64,000 nucleotides of DNA from Orbicella franksi (GCA_964199315.1 OZ116701.1:24490001-24554000), one strand, 5' to 3'. Positions 49,240 through 63,157 are shown, counted from the stretch's first letter. The notes: generated from the letters alone by a model not told the origin. A program made the numbers and translations.

Positions 49240-52200
49240 CCAACAGATGATGTTAGCCGAGGTCTGACGGTAGAGGAGTTGTTGAGCAATGAGAGATGGT
49301 TCAGAGGCCCTGCATTTCTGTGGGAAAATAAGTCATCATGGCCCACCAATCCAGTCTCCTTAGCCATTACTTCCGATGAAGACCCAGAAATCAGAGCTCG
49401 AGGTCAAACGAATCATGTTACCCAGATGGAGGAAAAACGACCACTGGACCTAATGATGCTCCAATGTTCATTATGGTACAAGTTCAAGAGAGCTGTTGCT
49501 TGGCTTCTGAGACTTGTACAATTCTTAAAGCAAAGGAGGTGCTTGTGAGTTTCATCACCTGTTGATGTATCACCTTGTGGCAGGCTGTCTATTGATGAAT
49601 TACTATATGCGGAGGCTCAAATCATCAAGTATGTGCAGAAATCAGCCTCTCTACCTGTGATTAAGGCCCTCCATGATGTAAGGCATGGAGAACCTGAGAA
49701 GTGCACAATGAAGAATATCGGTTCATTTGGCTCGGTGTACAAATTGAGACCATTTCTAGATGAAGAGGGATGTTGAGAGTTGTCAGTAGGCTTCAGAATT
49801 CTACTTTGAAGTACCCATCAAAACATAAATTGTTGTTACCTTCCAAGCACTGTGTTACCAAGCTGCTTGTTATGGATGTCCATGAATCTGTGGGACACCT
49901 AGGCCAAGAATACATCCTGACCAATTTAAGACAGAAGTACTGGATTATCCAGGGACAGGCCGCTGTCTGAAGAGTACTTGGTAACTACTTGACCTACCGA
50001 AAACAAAATGCTCTAAAGGGCCAACAAGTAATGGCAGATTTACCCAGCGACAGGCTAACTCCTGATGAGCCCCTGTCCTCTTACGTTGGCATAGATTTGT
50101 TTGGTCCATTGTACGTGAAGCAAGGCAGAAGTACTGTAAAACATTATGGATGTCTTTTCTCTTGCTTAACTATGGGAGCAACCCACATTGAAGTGACCGA
50201 ATCTCTTAAAACGGATTCGTTTATCAACACTCTTCGCAGATTCATTAGCAGAAGAGGAATGCCAAAGATGATAAGAGGTGACAATGGTACCAATTTAACT
50301 GGCGGAGAGAGGGAGATCCATGAGGCCATAAACAGCTGGAATCAGCAGAAGACTGAAGGGTTTTTACACCAGAAGAACATCGAGTGGAAGTTTAACCCCC
50401 CTGGAGCATCACACATAGGAGGAATCTGGGAACAAGTAATTCGTTCAGTGAGAAAGATTCTGAGTCCTTCTTAGAGAGCAATTGGTTTCTGGAGAGGCAC
50501 TGCAAACATTGATGGTGGAAGTCGAGGGAATTCTAAATGGATGACCTTTGACTGCTAACAATGATAGTTCTATCGACGCAGAACCTTTGACTCCCAAGCA
50601 CTTGTTACTGCTTCAAACTTTCCACCAGGAGTCTCTGTGAAGATTGATTTATACTGCCAAAGTCGCTGGAAGCAGGTTCAATACCTTGCAGACGTATTTT
50701 GAAAGCGATGGTTGTTAGCTAGAACACTTACCAAGCTTGCAAGAACGGCTGAAATGGATCAAGACACATCATGATTTGCTGTGGGCGACCTAATTCTCCC
50801 ACCCTTATGGGATCACTACCTTATCGTGGTAGGGTGGTTTGCGTGTCCCAATAACCCGGAGAGCTATGCCAGCTGGAGTCTTGTACTCCTGGTAGGGCCC
50901 TGACAAAAAGTGATCTTCTGGCGCTCCAGGTTGGGGGTTTGGCACAGGGCCAACAACCCTGTCCTGTTAAAAAAAATCATTATGTTACAGAAACAGCAGC
51001 AAAGGATACAACCACAACTGTGTGCCGTGGCCTTTCAGAGTCACCTCAAATTACACAGATGAATGGCAGTGGTGAAATCTGCAAGGAAGCCACTAGCAGG
51101 ATTATGAAAGTCCTAGGCACCAAGACTAAGACTAGAATAGGTTTTTGGAATGTACGAACCCTGTATCAAACAGCTGAAATGAGGTGCTATTGCTTGCATA
51201 TTCTAGGAGTCAGTGAGAGCAGGTGGACAGGTTCTGGAAGAGTGAAGACATCAACTGGAGAACCTGTGCTGTATGCTGGCAGGGATGACAACCAACACCA
51301 TGAGGGAGTTGCCATCATACTCAAGAAGGGATTGGAAAAGTACCTCTTAGAGTGGAAACCAATCAACAGCAGACTTATGACAGCTAGAATGCAGGGGAAG
51401 CATGTTAACCTGTCCCTTGTCCAATGTTATGCACCAACAAACGACAGTGATGACACCACGAAAGACAGCTTCTATGCACAACTGCAAGCTGAAACTGGAG
51501 AAACTACCACGTCATGACATGCTGGTTATAATGGGTGATCTTAATGCAAAGGTAGGAAGTGATAATTTGAGCTATGACAGAGCAATGGGAAAGGAAGGCT
51601 GTGGTACTATGAATGAAAATGGAGAACATCTTGCAGAACTGTGTGCAGCATACAACCTGGTCATTGGAGGAACAATCTTCCCTCACCGTGATATTCACAA
51701 GCTTACACAGTGCTCTCCTAACAGTAGAGATCGGAACCAGATTGATCACTTGGTGATTAATGGCACATGGGGATGCTCACTTCTGGATGTTAAGGTGAGA
51801 AGAGAAGCTGATGTTGGCAGTGACCATCATCTTGTCATGGTGTATGTTAAGCTGAAGCTAAGAAGCACTCATTGAAAGCCATCTTGCAACCAGCGCTTCA
51901 ACATAGAGAACTTGAAAGAGCCATCAGTGAAGAATGCCTTCATCTCTCAACTCAGAAATTGATTTCAATCCTTGGCAGTTCCGTCTGATGAGCCTGAACC
52001 TGATGAGGTCAACAATATATGGAAGCAAGTGTCATTCACTTTCACAGAGAGCAGCAAGGCGTGTCTAGGTTTTAAGAAGGCAGTAAAGAAGAAGAAGTGG
52101 ATAAAGCCAGCAACCTTAAGAGCCATCGAGGGCAGACAAAATCTGAAGAAGAAACTACTTGACACCAAATCAGAAAGGTTGCTAGAACGCTATAAGATCC

Positions 52201-54227
52201 AGCACAGAGAGGTTGACTGAAGTGTTAAGAGAATGGCAAGAGCTGACAAACATGCATATATTGATGAACTTGCCACGCAGGCAGAGAATGCAGCTAACAG
52301 AGGAGAGCAAGGAAAGGTTTACAAAATCACAAAACTGGTATGTGGCAAGTATGGGGGCAGAAAGGTACCCCCTGTTAAGGATTTACAGGGTAGACTTGCT
52401 TACCACCGAAAGAGAGCAGGAGGCTCGTTGGGCAGAGTACTTTAAGGATGTCCTCGACAGACCCCCACCCACAGTTGAAGCTGACATTCAAGAGGCTGAG
52501 ACCAACCTGGATGTGAACACAGATCTTCCAAACAAGCACGAAATCATTGCAGCCATAAAAACCTTAAAAAACAAGAAAGCTCCTGGCCAAGACAGCTTGA
52601 ATGTGGAGCTTTTCAAGGCTGACCCTGAACTTTCAGCAAGGATTCTACAGCCCCTGTTTACTGCAGTGTGGGAGCAGGAGAGAGTGCCAGATGACTGGAC
52701 CAAAGGTACCATCATAAAGATCCACAAAAAAGGTCCACTAAGTGACTGCAATAACTGGTGCGGCGTCACCCTCCTATCCACCCCAAGTAAAATCCTGGCA
52801 AAGATTATCATCCAACGAATCTTCTGTGCAGTAGATCAGCAGCTCAGGCAAGAACAGGCTGGATTCCACAGGGGTAGGGGTTGTGCAGATCAGCTATTCA
52901 CACTGCGTAACATCATTGAGCAATGTACCGAATGGCAGAGGCGGCTGTACATAAACTTTGTAGATTTCCAAAAGGCTTTCGACAGTATACAGAGACAGCT
53001 TGTGGCACATACTTCAAGCCTATGGTGTTCCCCAGAAGATTGTCCAACTTATACAGAGCTTCTATGAAGCCTTCACTTGTAGCATAGAGAACAGTGATAT
53101 CAGTTTTGAGGTAAAGATGGGCGTCAGACAGGGTTGCATGATGTCTGCACTGCTATTCAACTTAGCCATTGATTGGGTTATGTGCCGTACCACAGAAGAC
53201 CATCCCAGGAGCATCAGGTGGACCCTCTTCTCCACCTTAGAGGATCTAGATTTTGCAGATGATTTAGCTCTGCTTTCTCACACCCACAGCCACATGCAAG
53301 AGAAGACCAGCCTTTTAAGTAAATATGCACACCAGGTGGGACTACTTACCAAAACAGAGGTCATGACCCTTAACATCTCTAACCGCCAGCCCATTAAGGT
53401 GAATGGAAAAGACCTCCCAATGACTGATCAGTTTAAATGCTTGGGCAGCATTGTCAGGCAAGATGGTGGTGCAGGCTTAGACATCCAGAGCCGGCTAAAC
53501 AAAGCCAGAAACACCTTCAGGATGCTGAACAATGTGTGGCGGTCGTCACAGTACAGTACACATACCAAGCCCAAGATCTATCAGAGCTGTGTTCTGTCTA
53601 CCCTTTTGTATGGGTCAGAATGTTGGTGAATGTTAGAAAGTGATCTGGGAAAGCTGTCAACCTTTCACACCGAAAGTCTGCAAAAAATACTTTGCATCTT
53701 CTGGCCTCAGACCATTTCCAACAAGGATCTGCTTTCGTGGTGCAAACAGGAGGACATGGATAGTATTATTATGCAACGAGGCTGGAGGTGGATTGGCCAT
53801 GCCATTTGAAAGGATAATGAATCCATCACAAAGACAGCACTATTCTGGACTCCCGAAGGCAGGCGCAAGCGTAGCAGGCCTAAGAATAGATGGTGTCATA
53901 CTGTAGAGACAGAATTGAGGGGCTTAAAACAGAGCTGGAACAAGATCCAACAGCTGGCCAAAGACAGACAGAAGTGGAAGAACTTTGTTGCTGCCCTACA
54001 TGCCAGTGGGCACTGGGCAGTGAGTGAGTGACCTAATTCTCACCGCTGATGAAAGAGTTCATCGTGGCCAATGGCCTTTAGGTCACGTTCTTGAAGTATA
54101 CCCAGAAAGGGATGGATTGATCCGATCAGTCAAGGTTGCCACAAAGTCATCTATATTGACGAGGCCAATTTCAAAATTGTGCTTCCTCAAACAAGAGAAC
54201 TCACTTCTAAGGAAGAACTCTATTTGA
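49240..54227 (+). mobile_element. BEL/Pao LTR retrotransposon pol fragment (RNase H end, integrase, DUF5641), split by a LINE; no LTRs seen
   Basis: DDVSRG..W.RGPAFLW; H..GH.G..LRQKYWI; GIDLFGP, DSFINTLRRF, DNGTN, GGIWE. C-terminal VGDLIL|TADE..RGQWPLG..DGLIRSVKV..RPISKL is restored when the LINE is removed. Confidence 0.9.
50799..54029 (+). mobile_element. Full-length RTE-clade non-LTR retrotransposon, decayed, 3231 bp
   Basis: 12-bp TSD GACCTAATTCTC (50787-50798, 54030-54041) and (TGAG)n tail. AP endonuclease (IGFWNVRTL, GVSE, GDLNA, SDH) and RT (QAGF, FVDFQKAFDS, GVRQG, FADD), with many frameshifts. Confidence 0.93.
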
Positions 54228-54351
54228 TTTATATAGCTATCGTGTCACCAATTTACAATCAGAAAGACCTTTAATTTGTGCACTAGACGTCATGCTTGAA
54301 CTTTGAACACTAGCAGGCTTACTAAACACCATTACCCCTTGACTCAGAGGT

Positions 54352-54516
54352 ATTACGCAGTTTATTACATTTATGGTTAAACCATATTACATTTATGGTT
54401 GTCTAGTTTATTACATTTATGGTCAAATTTTATTACATTTATGGTTGGTGGATTCATTACATTGGTGGTTAAAAGTTGTTACATTTATGGTCAGTATTAC
54501 ATTTATGGGTGATACA
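54352..54516. repeat. Short tandem array of TATTACATTTATGGT (~7 copies), likely a MITE end
   Basis: Directly visible; ends TATTACATTTATGGGTGATACA. Confidence 0.75.
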
Positions 54517-57500
54517 GATGCTGCGTTTGTTTATGAATTTGTTCTTGGAAGAGTCTGACATTTTTTGTCAATTTTTTTTTCATCGTAAAATAAATGTTGT
54601 CCTTTATCCTACCTTATCCTACTTGAGATTCTCAGTAAAACTATCTCTGTTTTTATTGTTTATTTGACTTTCTTTGTGTTGTTTGTCGCCCTAAATTATT
54701 GCTTTCGAACTTGAAAATTCACGTTCATTGTTGGCTGTCCTGATTTTGCCGTCTGGTGAAATTACAGGCAAATGACTATGCAGAAAATTACAACTGGATA
54801 CTTTCTATTATACCTGCATTCTTCAAATTTTTCAGTAAAATCCTATATGTGGTGTCTCAAGTATCCAAGTATCCATAAATGTTTTAGAATTCAATATTTA
54901 CGAAAATTATTTGACACTGGGTTTCCATACAGTTTTCCAGCCTGCTAAAGTAGCGGCAGACTCTCGCAATGATTCTCTGATGAAAAATTTGTAGTAGTTT
55001 TATCCTTTTCTTACATCCTCTTCAAAGAAAAAATTCACTGTCAAATGTGGCATTCTAGCAATTGTTATACCTTATTATTATGGCAAATTAACGTGACTTA
55101 AATTAAAGAGAATTTGAGGGAAATTTCCTTTAAAAAAGGGAATTAACGCGAGGGACGGAGCAAATTTTCAAATGAAGAAAATTAACGCAACTTTTGATGT
55201 CTCTTCAGGTAGGCAAGACGAGTCACTTGCCTCATCTAGATTTTAACCCAAATTAAAAACAAAATATGTTTAGTTTGGAAAATAATCCCCAGTTGAACAA
55301 GACTGATTTTCCTCAATAAATACAAACAAATATTTAACAACACTGAAAATGGTGTTGCAGAGCTTATAGATTTCAAAGTTTTCTGGTGGGGCCGTTGGGG
55401 AGTGGGGAATCTCGCCTCCAGACCCCCTAGTGGCTCATGCGTTCGCCGAATGCAGATCTTGCCTCATCTATGCTAGAAGTGTGGCTATGGCCTTGTTTTT
55501 GAGATACTTGGCTGTTGTACCGCTCTTGTAAAACCAAGAATAAACTATAAATATTGCAGATGTGTACGGAAAAGAGAAGGTTTTTGTTTCCTAGTTTCTC
55601 GGACAGAATGAAGTTAAGGTTTAAATTAACGTGAATTTTGAGAATTTGCATCAACTTCATGTTCCTATAATAAGTAGTTTTATAATCTACTGTACCCTCA
55701 CTACAATGTACCATCACAGCACTTTCTTTTAACCATAGGAATCTTGCAATTGTCAGTCCACTGATGCTGATTTGATCACGATGTTCCTAATGGTCATAAT
55801 AGAAATAAGCCTGGTTCTCCTTTTATTGCACAGGAAAACGGAGATGATTGACTGAATGGTAGGCAAGTGCCAGCAACATGGTCAGAAGCTTTAGAAATAC
55901 TCCAAACTAACTATACCAAATCACTTGTGATTGAAGCTTTAGCAGGTGCTTTGCACTACAAGCTTATTATCATAACAGTAAATGGGGTAAATTACCTGAT
56001 TCTTCCACTATACCTTTAGCAGTATAAACCTTATAAATCCGAAGCTCTGGTAAATGGCCACTTTGGAAATTCGAAAAAGAGGCCATATCTAGAGTTGGTA
56101 GCTTTCAAGAATAAACTCCGATAAGCTACTGTATAATGAAACAATAGATGATGATCACTTACAAGTCAGAGCAAATGTGTGGTTCTGTAAATTGTAGTAT
56201 GAGCTAAAGCAAAGGCTAACCCTGAAGCTGTGTTACTATTTCTATCAAATTATTGGTTTTTTTTTAAATTTAATTTTGAAGCCATTACAATATCTATTCT
56301 TTAAAAATATGCTGATGCCTCAACAGCAGGTATATTTCAGTATTATAATTTTGAATCTTATGCCCTCCAGGATGAGAACTTTGTGAAAATCATCAAGCCA
56401 AAAGAAGGCACCACATTAGATACCCTCTTCTTTGGACACACCTGGGAACCACTATTGTCACTGCATAATCAATTAGCTCATTGCAAAACATGCTGTTATT
56501 CCATCACATTGCACCATTTTTGCCCATGCTGGTAGCGTCGGTAATGCTTTGCGCCATTTGGAGTTTAAATTTGGTCTCTCCGCTTGAACAGTGGTCTTTT
56601 CGTTCTGTACTCCACAAAGACAGTTGTCTTTTGTGATTTTTCCCAGCTTGTTCAACCACCACCAGCCTGCTATTTCTATGGCCGATCAACCTAATGTTCT
56701 TCCTGACCCACCAGCTCCTGCTGGAGTGCAATAAGACGTAGAGCCAGTGCAAAATCCTCCTCAAGAGGTAGAATCAATAGCAGAACCTGCCCCGGCACTG
56801 TAGACAAGGTAAATTTACTTTTTCTTGTTTGCTTTATGTGAAGGGTTAGTCTTGCAACATTTTCGATGGGTTTTTTCTGCTTAGCCTGGTCAGTGTTTTT
56901 TGTTTGGTCATGTAATTTTGTGTAGTTCTATTTTGGTGCGCAATACACTCTGTCAGCACGTGTCTTTTTGGTGTTTTTTACACGCTTTGGTTGGACTTTT
57001 TTATGTAGGAATGTTCTTGCACCCCATTTGTCGTTTGTTTTCCCTCTGTATTGCCTTCATTTTTGCCTAGTTCTAAATTTCTTTTAGCTGTTTGTTCCTT
57101 CAATATTTTGGGTTTCGTCTTGGTATCTGTTTATTTCAGTATTTTAGGAAATCTTTAGTTTCTGGCATGATCAATTTGGGACAGATTTAGCACCACTTAT
57201 AGTAAGAAAAGCCTTGTTTGTATCATGTCTCCGGTGAAAAAATTTAGTATAGAGCACTTGTACTTTGGTATACTGCTAGTTTCTACTGGCAAAGGCAATT
57301 TGTGGTATGTATGTGTTTGAGTATTATGGGTTCCACTGGCGACATCAGTTTTGTGTGCATTTTAATTTGGTATTCCACCAGTGAAGGAGTTTGGTACAAT
57401 GTTTGTACTTTGTTATAATGCTAGTTTTACTGAACCGGTGAAGAAACAATCCTTGACAAAAGTCCTTGGCACACTTGGATCAGATAGCACGAAAATGCAT

Positions 57501-58158
57501 TGACAAGGTATTTGGGGACAATACCTACTGACATCATTAGAATAGGGAACCCCCTTCCCACCCGACAATGTTGTAAGCAGGCAATGATGAATTCATCACG
57601 ATAAACATCATTGAATTGGGGGAAAGGAGGCAAACTGATAATTGCTATGACAGATATTGGAAAAGTGGCAAGGTGTGCCAAGACTTTCGTCAAAGATCGT
57701 AGCTTGTGGTATAGAAATTAGAAGTTGTGCATGATTTATGGACTTCCACTGGTGAAGGCAGTATTACCCTCAGTTTAAATCAGTATCCCACCAGTGAAGG
57801 AGTTTAGTGGAGCATTGGTACTTAATTTGGTATACCACTAGTTTTTACTAGCAAATTAAGGCATCTCTTCGGTACGTGTTGCAATCGATGTACTTATAAC
57901 TTGGGGATTTCCACTGGTGAAAACAGTTTTGTGAGGTATATGCATAGTTTTATTTATATGGTTAAACTTTTTGAGTGTTACTCTTTGCCACACGTGAAGG
58001 CAATATTGTGACATAAAGGAATGTATTGTTTTCTTGCACTGATTTTATTGTGGACTCCACTGGTGGAGGGTGTTTTAGTATACTGCCAGTGATGTTTTGA
58101 GTTAATTATTTCTTGGAGAGCTTTGGGGCATATAGTACAGCCCAAAAATAGTGCACGT

Positions 58159-58355
58159 GCAAGAACTTCTTTTTGCGTCTGCAAGAAGTCAACTTCTTGT
58201 GGCTTCTTGCGGGTCGCTTGCTCTTGGATCCTGCAAGCCGCAAGAACTTCTTTGCGGTTAGAAGTTAAAACCGCAAGAACTTCTTTGTGGTAGGATTTTC
58301 GAAACGCAAGAACTTCTTTGCAGTGGGATTTTCAAACCGCAAGAACTTCTTTGCG
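58159..58355. repeat. Five GCAAGAACTTCTTT copies, the last four ~33 bp apart
   Basis: Directly visible; pattern typical of subterminal transposon repeats. Confidence 0.7.
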
Positions 58356-58719
58356 CTAACATTGTAGCACACAAAGAATTATGCATAAGACGCTACATGC
58401 GACGGCAAAAGGCATGGTCGAATTTATATTTTTCCAGCACTTACCATAAGAATTACTATAGTGACAAATTCTTAACTCTTGATTAAACTTTAGGTTGAGA
58501 CTGAAGTTTTTTCCTGATGTGAACCACTGAAAACGAGTCTTCTCCGTAAGTTCTGATTCATTTCGATTATGTAAGCTTATGGTTACATTATTAACACATG
58601 AATATCTTAATTTAATCGCATGTACATTTATCTAAAATTGCGAGATTTCTGCTTGTAATTTTGGAAGTTTTCAAACAGATTCAAGGAGCATCACCTGGCA
58701 ACTCGCTAAATCTGAATTA

Positions 58720-58867
58720 TGTCTAAAGAAGAGGCTCAAAGAACATACAGGTTTCATTATTTTATTTTGCTCGTTCAGCTCCCATTCTTGTCCAAAGAAG
58801 AGGCTCGAAGAACACACAGGTTTCATTATTTTATTTTGCTCGTTCAGCTCCCATTCTTGTCCAAAGA
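58720..58867. repeat. 69-bp tandem duplication (2.1 units)
   Basis: 58720-58788 and 58789-58857 are near-identical. Confidence 0.9.
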
Positions 58868-59003
58868 CAAACACTCAGAGGAGTGCGGACTCTGGGGATG
58901 ATAATGGTTTGGCTCCAGGACTAGTTCAGATTTGTTACCTTAGTAGCCATAACTTTGTCGGAACATCTGTGAACATCCAGTTGATGTCAAATTAAACCTA
59001 AAC

Positions 59004-59347
59004 ATGTACGGTGAATACACGAGAAATTGGATACTCGCTTTTGTTAACGCCAACAAAACTCCAACTGAGGTTGTTATCATTCTTCAAGAACAGAACATTG
59101 TCGTTGTAAGAACAACAGTTGCTTGAATTATATGGCAAGCCAGGGAAAGAAAGCAAGGACAGCAGCTTGAAGACTGCTGTGGGTGACCACCAAAAGCCAG
59201 TTCACCCATGAAGAGGAAAATCGATGAGGTCTACAGGTGGGATCCCGAGGTCACGGCTTCTGAACTGAAAAACGTTTAGAGAATGACCTTACTGGGATTA
59301 GAATTGGAGTCAGCACAATTAAGAGGGCATGGAAGGCAGCAGGCTGT
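59004..59347 (+). pseudogene. Tc1-like transposase N-terminal (HTH) fragment
   Basis: MYGEYTRNWILAF..VRTTVA*II..CG*PPK (GRPxK-like)..VTASELKNV..GIRIGVSTIKRAWKAAG. Confidence 0.6.
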
Positions 59348-59793
59348 AACACCTCAGTCAATTTAGGGCGGAGCACTGGACTGAAGGGACACAAAAAAAG
59401 TGCGTGCACTCTACAAATACCTGCAAAAACACGTAAACTGTGTGGAACATGAGCTTTTAGAAAAATCGTCCCTGTTTGGTTTAATGTTATGACGGTTTTA
59501 AGAGTAATTCAAGTGTCAAAGCCGCTATTTTGTTTGTTTTTGTGTTTTGATTGTTTTGTTTTGTTTCATTTTGTTTCAGAAAAAGTCACACATCAGATCA
59601 TTAAGATTTATTCACACATCATTGTGTGGAAACCTGTAAAGAGGGAGTGACCTGGGACATCAATTAGCGTCAATTGTTTCTAATTAGATTTATCCTTATA
59701 AAAAGAGAACTTAAACACGTCTTGCCGTAAATCCGATACCTGAGTACTGGAAACCTCAATAGTGTTATCATTGCGTGAATCATCCATTTGACC

Positions 59794-62700
59794 ATGGCTT
59801 CATGAACAAGCACTAGACATTACAGACGAGCAGCCCTTTACTTCCCTGGAGACAAAACTGTTGACGTTATGGACACTGCAAAGATTATGGCAACCGAGGC
59901 TGAAATCTTTACTGGGAATACTGTGAAAGTGATGTGGGTAATTTTAGGCATCATCGAAGCAAGGATTCTGTTATTACATAGTAAGTAACAGCTTTTCTAA
60001 ATCACACATTCATTAATAGAGCTATGCTACTGGTGATTATGACAGAGAAAGAGTAAGAAAAATTACGAACTACAAAATTGCTTCTTTCGTGATGTAGCTC
60101 TTTTAAACTAAGAACACGTCAGTTCTCTTAGACTAAATCCAATTACCATTTTGGAAGAATAAGTAAATAACCATAACGTTATACCTTCAGTTAAAATGAC
60201 TCTTTTTTTAGAAACGCTCAATATTTAGTTTGCAAATTATTCAGCCCGCAATTTTTTTCACCGAGGTGTAAGGAAAGTTTCTTACTCTCTTAGATGATCC
60301 ATCACAGTGCAACAGTTTTCTTCTTGATTGGAGCCAGAGACCTGAGAAATAAGGATTTGATTGCTGATGACAACGACAGCGAAGACAAACAAACGATGGA
60401 AACTGTTGTAGTGGGTGAAGATCAGGTAAGTTTTCTGTAGTTTATCCATTGTTATTATGGGGTTACAAATTTGAGGTAGCACTGACAAGAATCGTAACAA
60501 AACTGACATAAGAACATGCAATAACTAGACACTGCGGTAACAAATAATTCGTTTCTAAGGTAGCAGCTGGTTCCCCTACCTGTTGAGTTTGCTAAGTTCG
60601 AGTTCGCTACCCTCGACTTCCAGTTGGCTAGAAGGACTAAAATTCACGAAACTAAACTGTAGAATTACCTGTGTAACATTAAAGATTAAATTTTTCTTCG
60701 GGACCGAGTAACTAAGAAAAGAGTAGAAGTTGTGATAACTTTATTTCATTACAAACGACTTGATTGTAGTTTTAAACTCAAAGGGAATACATGCCTGTAT
60801 GCTGTCATTCAGATAGCTTACAAATCTTTTACGATTGCTAATGAAAAACATAACGGGATTTTTAAGTTCTAAATGTAAAGCTTTGCATGTTTGTTCATTT
60901 ATGTTCCAATTCCGTGCCAGGTTGAAAGACTGTTTTTGTTTTCATTTAATTTACCTTAATAATCTTTGCGATTATTTTTGTTGTTAAGCTCTGAAACGTA
61001 AGAAGACTTCTGAAAGGAGACGTGTAGCTATGCCCAAAAAGGCAAAGAAAGGCAATGAAAATACATGTGGCAAGGTACTTGTAGAGTATTATAAAGTAGT
61101 GATCAATGCAGCCCATGATGAGCTTTAACTGGATATCTCAAAGTCTTGTACTTCCACTCCCAGACTCTGAATTTCTGGCAACTTGTAAAATATGCAAACT
61201 TAGTTATCCGAAGTAACTACTGGAGGAGTAAATTAATTTTCAATTTTCAAAATCTCAGCCTCTGGTTTATCCTTAAAATATTCTTTAAATTTCGCAAATT
61301 TCAACCTCGATGTTCTTATAAAATGTATTCTTCTAAAAAAAGGAAGAGTGTACATAGTTTAAAATACCTGTCTCACTTTTCAGATATTATGTACGACCCA
61401 GATGAGAGAGGACCATCTAGATGATGAGGACACCTATGACCTCCCAGAAACACCAAGTGTGCCATCATCAGTATCGCCCAAGGCAGCCACTCCACCTCAT
61501 CAAGTCAAGGAACCCTTCAGTCTGCCAGGAGTCCTTGACTGCAGTCCAGTTCATTCACTGAAACCACACTCTCCTCACTGTCATTTGATGTTTAGCCCAG
61601 TAATAAATATTCAGTCTCCTAGTGCCAGCCGTGATAGCATCATCACCAGGAGAGACTTCACTAAACTGGTGAGTAACATCTACTTTTCTAGATAAGGCAT
61701 TTTTTGTGGCCCTATATTGATCTTAAGTATCTTAGGGCCTCTTCATACGAGCCAGGGGTGACTTGGTTTCTGAGATCTCGCCTTGTCACTCTTTTTCTTG
61801 TAAAAATTTCCATGTTTTTATCCGAGAAGCCGAGCTGGTGCGGTTGCCAAGATCTCAGTAACTGGGATGAAAATTTTCCATGTGAGCACTCCAGCTGGGG
61901 TGACAGGGACGAAAGTTTTTGACAAAGTAGCTTCGCTCTAGCCTTAAAAGTTCTCTTGAGTTTCATCCCAGTCGACTGGGCTCAAATTTCCGTTATGAAC
62001 AGATAACAAAATTTGTCCCGGTAACTAAGCCAGCTCAGTTACTGGGCTCATATCATAGGCCCTTAGTTACTTAGGCCTCAGGCTTAGACCAGTTCTATAA
62101 CCAGTTATTTGATCATTACCATACCTGCGTACAACAGGGTTTCATTTGCATTTAGGCTGATGCCTTTGGTCAAACTTTTCACTTATAACTGTTGTCTAAG
62201 CTAAGCGTGATACAATGTTTAAGTGTCAACACTAGCGGAAGATTATCAGTTCGTTATTTTAAACGCTTTCTTTATAATTGCAGGTTAATTTGGTAGAGAG
62301 CCTGAGTAAGTCTGTGCAATCAATCGATGCAAAACTCAATCAGCAGTCAGAGGAAGTTGGGGAAATCAAGTTGGCGCTGCAACGTCTAGAGCAGCCTCAA
62401 AGGAGCCTTCCACATCCAACACCTATGGAGCTGCCAGTGCCTCCACAAGTTGAACCTCCTGTCCAGACACAGAATCTCTTGGCATCCCTGCTCCTGGAAC
62501 AAGACTGCGACAGAGGTGACCTTTGTTATGTTTTAACTGTAGAGCACATAATAATTACCACGCCTGTCGGTACTTGAAGTTAATTGAAGTAAAATATATT
62601 GTAGCTGAAAAGGGAGTTTCAATGAAAATGTATATATGTATGCGTCTAAGAGATTTTGGCCATTTCTCAATCTGGTCTTCCAGACTTGAAAAGGAGATTA

Positions 62701-63157
62701 CAGTTCCTATAAACCACCAACCTGCAGTGCAAGCAGTTTTAATTATGAACAGTCCCTTCATTGTTTTTTTTCATTTTTGTCGCTAAAACCTCTGCCTGTT
62801 TCTTTCTGTTTTAGTGAGAATTGATGGAATGCTTGGTATGACGCTGGGGATTGAGAATTACCGCCATCTGCAGACCCTCACTCAACCAAAGAAATTCACA
62901 CTTGCATTAGCGGAGAAACTCTATGGCCTGGAGCAGATGGCTACAGCAAGCGTCACCAAGAAAGACTGCAATAAACAAGTTGACCTTCAAATTACCCAGG
63001 CAATTAAAAGTGAAGTTCTTCCTCATTGTCTACCGAGGAACAGACAAAATTATGGAATGGCTGCATTGCTAGTATAGCTGGCAAATGTAAAAATCTTCGT
63101 TACGCCAGGAAGAAGGTTTTGGAAATTGCAGGAACTTTTAATAGCAATAATTTATAA
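59794..63157 (+). pseudogene. Multi-exon coiled-coil plus BEN-domain gene (transposon accessory type), disrupted
   Basis: Exons at about 59794-59980, 60294-60425, 60990-61074, 61384-61668, 62284-62515 and 62815-63157. The last three junctions are GT-AG and phase-consistent. The C-terminus KKFTLALAEKLYGLEQMATASVT..ITQAIKSEV..LWNGCIASIAGKCKNLR is BEN-like. Frameshift near 63030; stop at codon 4. Confidence 0.7.
61735..62062. mobile_element. PIF/Harbinger-like MITE in an intron
   Basis: TTA TSD on both sides (61732-61734, 62063-62065); TIRs GGGCCTCTTCATACGAGCC / GGGCTCATATCATAGGCCC. Confidence 0.65.

Noticed and set aside
48847-49548. 233-aa ORF as a single protein
   Set aside because: Chimeric: only the part after ~49240 is BEL pol; the start reads through unrelated non-coding repeat.
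56675-56810. Pro-rich MADQPNVLPDPPAPA.. segment as a DIRS/gag-like or host exon
   Set aside because: Short, contains two stops and has no diagnostic motif.
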